A DNA stretch of 64,000 bases from a virus. The notes under the pieces are model-generated. The model made no database searches. It saw only the letters and a program-made list of their open reading frames with translations, and was not told the DNA's origin. The translations under genes and the position numbers were made by a program. The stretch spans positions 32,001 through 96,000 of the IMG/VR virus record IMGVR_UViG_3300025584_000449; one strand, written 5' to 3'. Positions 57,417 to 64,000 of the stretch are shown in pieces. Numbering within the stretch: the first letter of the stretch is position 1; every line of letters starts with the position of its first letter.

Positions 57417-60362
57417 ATGATATATTCTATAACTCTCCAAAAAAAGCAAAAATTCGGCAGACCTAAAAAAGTCACGCTTAGAGAATATTCTAAGCGTAGA
57501 CTTGAGGCTAATGTTATGCAAAAGTTAAAGGAGGGTTATACAAAAACTGCATCTGAGAAAAAAGATATAGTTGAAACTGCTGGAGCATCCGCAGCTACTG
57601 CGGGTGTTTTACAAACTACTAATGTAATAAAAAAGAAACGTGCTATAAAGAAAGCTCCTAAGACTATTGAAGAGGCACGAAGAGTTTTAGAAAAAGCGAT
57701 GGCTGGTGCTAGTAAAGGTGATGTAATATTTACTAGCAACCCTAAAGGGTTAACTCCTGATTATAGACCATTACATCCTATAATGATTCTTGATAAGAGA
57801 AAGAAAAAATTAGGGGATGTGTATCCCTCTACTGTTAATGGTGTTAATAGTAATGTAATGTCTGGAGTTAAGTCCCCACATCACATTGAGTCAACAAAGT
57901 CCAAATTAGATTTTTATTTAACTGGGGCTGGTTATGGTAAGGCCGAGTATAAGCCAGAGCATTTTTTACAGTTTAAGAGTATAAAAAAAGGAAATCCAGA
58001 AGCAGCAAAAAGGTTTGTTGAACAAGCTAGATCAGGAGAATACTCTTACGGCATTGGTAGTCCAAAAAATCCTAAAAAGATAACATGCGTAGATGCAATT
58101 TGTAAAGCTATTCATGGTAAAAAATCAATTAAACACTCGACTCCACGAGCTCTTTCTAAATCATTAAAAACTGTTTGGAAAAATCCTGCTGCTTATAAAG
58201 CACTTCCCGTAGTTGCTCCAGCTGTAGCCGTTGGTGGAACAGTAGCTGCTTATAAAGCTTTTAAAGCTAGAAATAAAAAAGTGTCTACTCAAAATAAAGC
58301 AGTTATTGCGGCAGGTGCTATAGGCACTGTGCCAGCAGTACATGCTGGAACCTCCCTGGTAAAAGGTTTTTCAAGAACGGGATTAAAACAGTTAATGAAA
58401 ATAGCTGCTAAGAAAAAGGAAGATAATAATAAAGCTAAAGCTTCTGTTTTAGCAGGAACTGCGGTTGCGGCTCCTACTGCTGTTGCAGCAGATCATTTAA
58501 CTAGAAAACGTAATCGTGTAAAGATTGATCCTAAAGCTAAAGATGCTATTATATTTACTGAAGGTGGAAAATATAACACTGGCGGGTCTGGACATGCTGC
58601 AGCGTCAGAAGCCATTAGACAGGCCTATGAAAAGAAACATCCCGGTGCAAAAGCTCACGTAATGAACTATGGAGATTATGCTAAAGCTAAAAGATTGGCA
58701 AACCCTGCTAAAACTAATTATGAAGCTATGGCTGGAATTTCTACACAAAATCCTTTTAAGAAATTTTTAGGACGGTTAGGGTTTGGTAGTACTTATCTAC
58801 CTTTCTATGCCTCAGTAAGTAAAAGAAAATTATCAAAAGATATTAAAGCAATTAATCCTGGAAGAGTAATAGTTACTCATCCTGGAGCTGCTCCACATTT
58901 ACAAAGTTTAGGCATTAGTCCTGAAGTAGTAGTAACAGATTACGGTGTGGGTAATAAAGGCTCTAAAGATTTTTGGGAAACAGCAAAGGGTCTTGGAAAG
59001 AAAGATCCAAAAAATGTTGGTGGAGTGTTTGCTCCTTCTAAATCTGGAACTGATATCTTCAAAGATGTAAAGGATGCTGGAAGACCTGTTACACAAATTA
59101 GCTCTATTCCAATTGAAAATCGTCACATAAAGCCTGTAAAGGTTGATAAAAAATTAGTAAGAAAAATAAAACCAACAGCTTCACCAGATTTTGATGCTTA
59201 TACGCCAGATAGAAAAAAGAGTGGAAAAATTGTAGTTCCAAAGGGTAAAAAATTAGTTGTATTAGCTGGTGGTGGTACAGGACAAGACGTAGAAGCTATG
59301 GCAGAAATTCTGTTAAAAGAAAAACGAAAAGGTATTCATTACGTAGGTGTTGCTGGCGGAAATAAAAAAGTATATAGAAGATTACAACAACTACAGCAAC
59401 AGCATGGTGCAGATAAGATATCTATAACTGGTTTTGCAAAGAATCTTGATAAACTAAACGAAGCTGCGCATGTAACAGTCTCTCGCCCTCACGGGTTAGG
59501 CCCTACTGAATTAGGCGCTTCCGGTAAAGTCAATATTAATGTTGTGCGTGGGAGAAAGTATGACAAGAGAAAAAAGAGTTTAAAATTTGTAGATAGCTAT
59601 AGCCCTCATATGAGTGAGAATGCTTTACATTATAGGGATACAGCTGGATCTCCTATTGCCACCCTTAGAAGAGGCAAAGGTAGAAAAGGATTAGATTATA
59701 ATAGTTTGAATGATCAACTAAATTATGCTTTGAGTGATCATAAAAATTTAAGTGCAAAAGCGAAATCTTGGCAAGAAACCTTCCAAGAAGGTGGCGGTGC
59801 AGCTGAAGTTGCAGCGGCCAAGTCTAGTACTTTCTCAAGAAAACTTAAACTTAGTAAATCTAAAGTCGGAATAGCTGTTGGCGTTAGTACGGCATCACTT
59901 TTAGGTGCTAAACACTTTCTTACTAAAGATAAAAAGAAGCAAGTAAAGGTAGCTGAAATGAAAAAGAAAAAGAAGGAAACTGGAACACTTGTGTCTTCTA
60001 CAGTTAAAATGACTGCAGCAGGTGCGACAGCTGGTGCTGGAAAATATATAACAGATTTGATTAGACTTGGTCAGCCAGGCGATACTGCTGGTCAAGGGTT
60101 TAGCGAACGAGCTATTTTAAAAGGGGTAAGCGAACAAGCTATAAAAGATTCTCTTCGTATGCGCTCAAAGGGTGGTATTAGAGATAGTTTTTCTGTTGCG
60201 CTACACGGAGAAGAAATAGCTAAAAAAGTAAGAGAAACAGCTAATGCTAGAATCTTCAGCAAAGGAGTATTAAAATCTATGAAAGCACCAGCCGTAGCTG
60301 CTGGGTTAGCTGGATTAGGATTTGGAGTCCATCGTGAGTTTAAAAGGAAGCAAAAGAAATGA
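57417..60362 (+). CDS. Multidomain protein: permuted NlpC/P60-like module, GT28/MGDG-synthase-like glycosyltransferase and hydrophobic hairpins
   Basis: GDVIF..LHP..AKRFVEQA..YSY..ITCVDAI; GGSGHAAASEAI, VIVTHP, VVTDY, VLAGGG, ITGFAKNL..VTVSRPHGLGPTE. Confidence 0.7.
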   Translation: MIYSITLQKKQKFGRPKKVTLREYSKRRLEANVMQKLKEGYTKTASEKKDIVETAGASAATAGVLQTTNVIKKKRAIKKAPKTIEEARRVLEKAMAGASKGDVIFTSNPKGLTPDYRPLHPIMILDKRKKKLGDVYPSTVNGVNSNVMSGVKSPHHIESTKSKLDFYLTGAGYGKAEYKPEHFLQFKSIKKGNPEAAKRFVEQARSGEYSYGIGSPKNPKKITCVDAICKAIHGKKSIKHSTPRALSKSLKTVWKNPAAYKALPVVAPAVAVGGTVAAYKAFKARNKKVSTQNKAVIAAGAIGTVPAVHAGTSLVKGFSRTGLKQLMKIAAKKKEDNNKAKASVLAGTAVAAPTAVAADHLTRKRNRVKIDPKAKDAIIFTEGGKYNTGGSGHAAASEAIRQAYEKKHPGAKAHVMNYGDYAKAKRLANPAKTNYEAMAGISTQNPFKKFLGRLGFGSTYLPFYASVSKRKLSKDIKAINPGRVIVTHPGAAPHLQSLGISPEVVVTDYGVGNKGSKDFWETAKGLGKKDPKNVGGVFAPSKSGTDIFKDVKDAGRPVTQISSIPIENRHIKPVKVDKKLVRKIKPTASPDFDAYTPDRKKSGKIVVPKGKKLVVLAGGGTGQDVEAMAEILLKEKRKGIHYVGVAGGNKKVYRRLQQLQQQHGADKISITGFAKNLDKLNEAAHVTVSRPHGLGPTELGASGKVNINVVRGRKYDKRKKSLKFVDSYSPHMSENALHYRDTAGSPIATLRRGKGRKGLDYNSLNDQLNYALSDHKNLSAKAKSWQETFQEGGGAAEVAAAKSSTFSRKLKLSKSKVGIAVGVSTASLLGAKHFLTKDKKKQVKVAEMKKKKKETGTLVSSTVKMTAAGATAGAGKYITDLIRLGQPGDTAGQGFSERAILKGVSEQAIKDSLRMRSKGGIRDSFSVALHGEEIAKKVRETANARIFSKGVLKSMKAPAVAAGLAGLGFGVHREFKRKQKK

Positions 60363-60669
60363 GCAAGACTAAGATCGTCGTGAATAAAACTAAAAATCGT
60401 GAAAAACTATTAAGACAAAGAAAAGAAGAAAAACGACAAGCTAAATACAAGTCATATGAAGATTATGACCAAGATACTTATTTACAAGATGACGAAGACT
60501 AAACCGAGGAAATAACCAATGAGATCATTTAAAATTGACGAATATAATTCTATTCCATTTAAGGATGAGGTAGAAACGTTACGTGAGAATGGTGAACATA
60601 AAGAGGCTTTTGAACTAATGGATACATTAGCTCAGCAAGCTATTACAACAGAAGATAAAGAAAAAACTG

Positions 60670-61329
60670 ATGAGTAAGAATTATCTTATTCAAGCTTTAC
60701 TATCTGCTGGGGCTATAGGCTATGGAGTTCACGGTATTAAGCAGACTGATAAAGTTAATAAGGTACTTGAAGATCAAGTAAAAAAAGAAATAAAAATTAA
60801 TCAAAGATTACCAAAAGTTCCCAAAGACATAAAATTATTAAAAACTAAAAAAGATTTACATTCATATATTGACCTTTCAGAAAAAACTGATAAAAAACGA
60901 AAACTTATGAAACAAATTATAGGGCCGATAACAAAAAAGCCAAATGCTTTTGCGTTTGTACCAGACAATGAATCCGCCGGGTTAGCTGTTTATATCCCAG
61001 ATAATATGAAGGCTTCTAAAGTAGTCGCCCACGAATTGGGACATATAGAAGATTTTAAGAAACATAATGTAAAAGGGACTATAGGATATAACAAATTAAT
61101 AAATACTAAAAAAAGTCTTTTTAAAGGTATAATTAGCCCTAAAAAAACTTCCGTATACAGCTCTGAAGTTAGGGCTTGGGATAACGCAAAAATAAAAAAA
61201 GATGACCCATTAAGAGTGGCGGCTTTAAAAACATATGAAGAAAATTTAAAGATTTATAGAAGAACTATTCCTATTTTATTAGGAGTTGGTAATTTATATA
61301 GACTTGGATTTAAAAAAAGTAAATGGTAA
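60670..61329 (+). CDS. Zincin metallopeptidase-like protein
   Basis: NAFAF..VAHELGH..SEVRAW..ALKTY. Confidence 0.75.
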   Translation: MSKNYLIQALLSAGAIGYGVHGIKQTDKVNKVLEDQVKKEIKINQRLPKVPKDIKLLKTKKDLHSYIDLSEKTDKKRKLMKQIIGPITKKPNAFAFVPDNESAGLAVYIPDNMKASKVVAHELGHIEDFKKHNVKGTIGYNKLINTKKSLFKGIISPKKTSVYSSEVRAWDNAKIKKDDPLRVAALKTYEENLKIYRRTIPILLGVGNLYRLGFKKSKW

Positions 61330-61353
61330 ATAGTAGGAGGTAGAAGAGTAATA

Positions 61354-62456
61354 ATGGAATATTTGTTGATGGAGCACAATGGTGACCAAGACCATTTAGA
61401 AATAGTAGAAACTATAGAAGAATTTGTATTAGACAAATTTGGACATACAAAAGTTGAAGAAGCTATTTCTACAACAGATAAAGTAATTATATATAATAGA
61501 GAATTAGACCCTCTAGTTACTTTAAATAAAATACCTAAAGACGCAGACTTAAATTTATTGTTTAGCTTAACTGGAGAGTAATTATGCCGGAAGAAAAGAT
61601 TATGCGGAACTCTAATACAGTTCCTCGTGGGACAGGTGCCACTAAAACTGTAGGGATAATGTTGTCTATTGTATTATCGTTTTTAACGATATGGAATTTT
61701 ATGGGAGATAGAATTGATGATATTATTACAGCACAGAATAATTATCATATAGCTCATGAAAAAGCACACACACAATTATATAATGAGATGGATGACCTAT
61801 TACATGAACTAGGTGATATTAAAATTAATATGGAAGATAGAAAAGTGCAAAAATATAAATTAGAAAATGTTGAACATGTTAATGCACAAGAAGCTTCTGA
61901 GAGTAGAGAAGAAAGACATTTATTAGAGTCACAAGATAGAGATCATAGCACAGCAATTACTAGACTAGAAGAACAAGTAAAAACTATTCAGAATAGAATA
62001 GAAATACTTCACCCCTAAAGTATTCGGGAGACTAACCATAATGGAATTTATCATACTAGGATTGATAGGTGTGTCATATGTTTGTTTGTTTGAGCCAACC
62101 TTACTAACAAATCACCTTGCACACTTTTTAAAATTAAAAGCAAAGGACGAGGAATAATGCAAATTGTTTTAAATGACTTAGATCCGACAAAAGATGAAAA
62201 GTTATTAGCATTTTTTGAAGGGCAAGAATCTGCTTTGGTTAAGATGGCATCCATCTTAACGTATAATACAGATGCAGATTTTGAGGGGCTGTTTGAAAAG
62301 ATAGCTGAAACCTACGAGCCTAGTTCTTTTAAAGAGCTACAAGAAAAAGTCGAAGAACTATTTCCAGAGAATGTTAAATTAGCTAATAAGTTAACTACTT
62401 GGGGAGATAAGTTATGTTTAGACAGAGATAGACTAAAGAAAGTGTTTAATCTCTAA
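61354..62456 (+). CDS. Hypothetical ORFs (61354..61581; 61584..62018 TM plus coiled coil; 62157..62456)
   Basis: Co-oriented with RBSs. Confidence 0.7.
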
Positions 62457-62608
62457 TGAATATCAGACCTTTACAACAATCACAAAAAATAACTTGCTCT
62501 GCATGTAAATCTGGAATTGCAGTAAGAACAAGACTAGTAGGACCAGACGGTAAAGGTAGATTTGTATACAAATGTACAAATCCAAAATGCAAAGTTTCTA
62601 GGAGATAA
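62456..62608 (+). CDS. 50-aa zinc-ribbon protein (not in track)
   Basis: CSAC..YKCTNPKC; TAATG overlap. Confidence 0.6.
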   Translation: MNIRPLQQSQKITCSACKSGIAVRTRLVGPDGKGRFVYKCTNPKCKVSRR

Positions 62609-62646
62609 TGATGTTAAAAAAGTTAGGGAAAACTTAAAGATTAATT

Positions 62647-63135
62647 ATGATTTTTTGTAAGAATGCAAAATTAAGAGGAAGAGCATTAAGAGAGATTAGA
62701 AAACTAAAAGCTTTAGCAAAAGGTGATTTGACTACTCATCTTACTAATAGAGAAAGTTTAAATTCTATAATTTCTTCTAAAAAATTATTATCTTCAGCAG
62801 ATATTCATAGATTACCAGCAGAACATTCTTTAAGAAAAACCGAATGGGCTAGAATTTTTGGTCTTCATGGAAATTTAAGTGGCACTTATGGGGCTGAAAC
62901 TGGTAGAAATTATTCAGTTATATTTAAAAGAAAAAATACTATTAATGGTCCAACAAAATTTAAAACTGTAACCATGAAGTCTCCTCAAAAATTAAAAAAA
63001 ATTATAATAGGAACTCCAAAGTCTGAATTAAATGTTTTAAGAAAGAAATATAGGGATGTTGTTTTTGTAGATAATTCAGACTTACGTAAATTAGGATTTA
63101 AAAAAGAAGGGTTTGAATATGGCTATCGCTATTAG
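62647..63135 (+). CDS. Basic protein starting MIFCKNA with a possible DarT-like ART start motif
   Basis: TTHLTNRESLNSIISSKKLLS resembles H-x-T..L-x-S-I..G-x-L-L-S. Confidence 0.45.
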   Translation: MIFCKNAKLRGRALREIRKLKALAKGDLTTHLTNRESLNSIISSKKLLSSADIHRLPAEHSLRKTEWARIFGLHGNLSGTYGAETGRNYSVIFKRKNTINGPTKFKTVTMKSPQKLKKIIIGTPKSELNVLRKKYRDVVFVDNSDLRKLGFKKEGFEYGYRY

Positions 63136-64000
63136 TAAAAAACTTCCACATTATAATTATATTGTTGCATTATTTGCAACTAAAAAATATCCTAAATCCG
63201 AGATTAAGCAGATGTTGGAAGATCGAGGTCTCCCTACTTCTAATTATTATCTTGATAAGATAGTGGCGGAGCTATTATCTCAACATCCAGATTATTTCCA
63301 AGATAATAAAAAGACTATTAACGATTTAGAGCCGGAATGGATTGCTACATTGAAGATAGAAAAAATGTTAGGATACTTAGAAAATATAATAGTGCCTGGA
63401 AACTCAATAGATGGAATAGAAGGAGCATTTAAAATTTTAGATGATCCTTTAATGTTTAGGTTAGTAAGTTCTCTATGTATCGTCGGAATCACTCAAGAAG
63501 ACATTGAATTAATGGTAAACGGAAAATTTAACCTTGAGTACTCCTATGAAGACATAGATGAGTTCACACAATATTTCTTTAATGTGCACAACTGGACTCG
63601 TGTCCAAAAACAAAATTATATAAAAGATCGTTCGCCTAAAGAATATGTACCTACGTTTAAGGTTGCACTAAAAGGTGATAAAGACTACTTGATTTGGAAA
63701 TTAGGAGCTCAGCCCGATAGAACTCATGAGTCTATGATCAATGAAATGGTAACTGACTCGTTTTATAACTTCAAAGATAAAACTAGGTCAGACCCTGATT
63801 TAGCTCAGAAGTGGGGAACTCTTGCTTTAAAGTTATCTGATAAGGCTGATAAGATTAGAAAAGAATCTATATCTAATGAAGATTTCTTTAATATGGTTGA
63901 ATTCGATGATGGATCAGAGCAAGAAGAGTTAGTTACATTAGACCAATTAAATGATATAGAAGAAGCAGAGTCAGATAAAATAGTTCCTTTAAAAAATAAG
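63119..64000 (+). CDS. Hypothetical protein running off the window (not in track)
   Basis: Open from ATG 63119 (MAIAISKKLPHYNY...) to the end with no stop. Confidence 0.8.
   Translation, partial: MAIAISKKLPHYNYIVALFATKKYPKSEIKQMLEDRGLPTSNYYLDKIVAELLSQHPDYFQDNKKTINDLEPEWIATLKIEKMLGYLENIIVPGNSIDGIEGAFKILDDPLMFRLVSSLCIVGITQEDIELMVNGKFNLEYSYEDIDEFTQYFFNVHNWTRVQKQNYIKDRSPKEYVPTFKVALKGDKDYLIWKLGAQPDRTHESMINEMVTDSFYNFKDKTRSDPDLAQKWGTLALKLSDKADKIRKESISNEDFFNMVEFDDGSEQEELVTLDQLNDIEEAESDKIVPLKNK

Noticed and set aside
4281-59126. Antisense ORFs in the track (e.g. 4281..4775, 18573..18887, 45586..46020, 54680..55258, 56594..57094) and ORFs over RNA genes (6593..6950, 26524..26745)
   Set aside because: They shadow well-supported genes or RNAs on the other strand and lack RBSs or motifs.
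1-64000. Stop-codon reassignment, CRISPR array, rRNA, RNase P RNA
   Set aside because: Genes are intact under code 11 with TAG and TGA used as stops; no repeat-spacer array or rRNA/RNase P signatures seen.

Overview
This is a 64-kb segment of a large, AT-rich tailed bacteriophage genome using the standard genetic code. It opens inside an in-frame RpoB-RpoC (beta-beta') fused RNA polymerase gene. Next comes a ~23-kb minus-strand RNA-gene region with 23 tRNAs plus one atypical tRNA-shaped RNA. These include tRNA-Ile(UAU) and a tRNA-Lys(UUU) split by a group I intron carrying a PD-(D/E)xK homing endonuclease. The region also holds an 81-nt tmRNA reduced to its tRNA-like domain, a probable ~840-nt GOLLD-like RNA and several tRNA-sized structured spacers. 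Interspersed genes include thyX, purA, ClpP, a cold-shock protein, a sigma factor, DNA ligase, HNH endonucleases and an exported DUF362/lyase pair. Small early-type ORFs follow, including six tandem Lar-like genes, then a contractile-tail spike module and a mosaic of promoter-gene-terminator cassettes. Two promoter classes are visible: GGTATAAGAA (at least 21 exact copies) and TTGAC[AT]-N17-TATATT-like. Top leads: the MLD-less mini-tmRNA; a duplicated unannotated 16-18 aa peptide ending ILDLFWWLKD; the tRNA-Lys intron; and basic proteins/polyprotein modules delimited by K-x-[AG] motifs that carry ART, NlpC/P60, GT28 and zincin domains (putative virion cargo). All homology calls are by eye; no searches were run.
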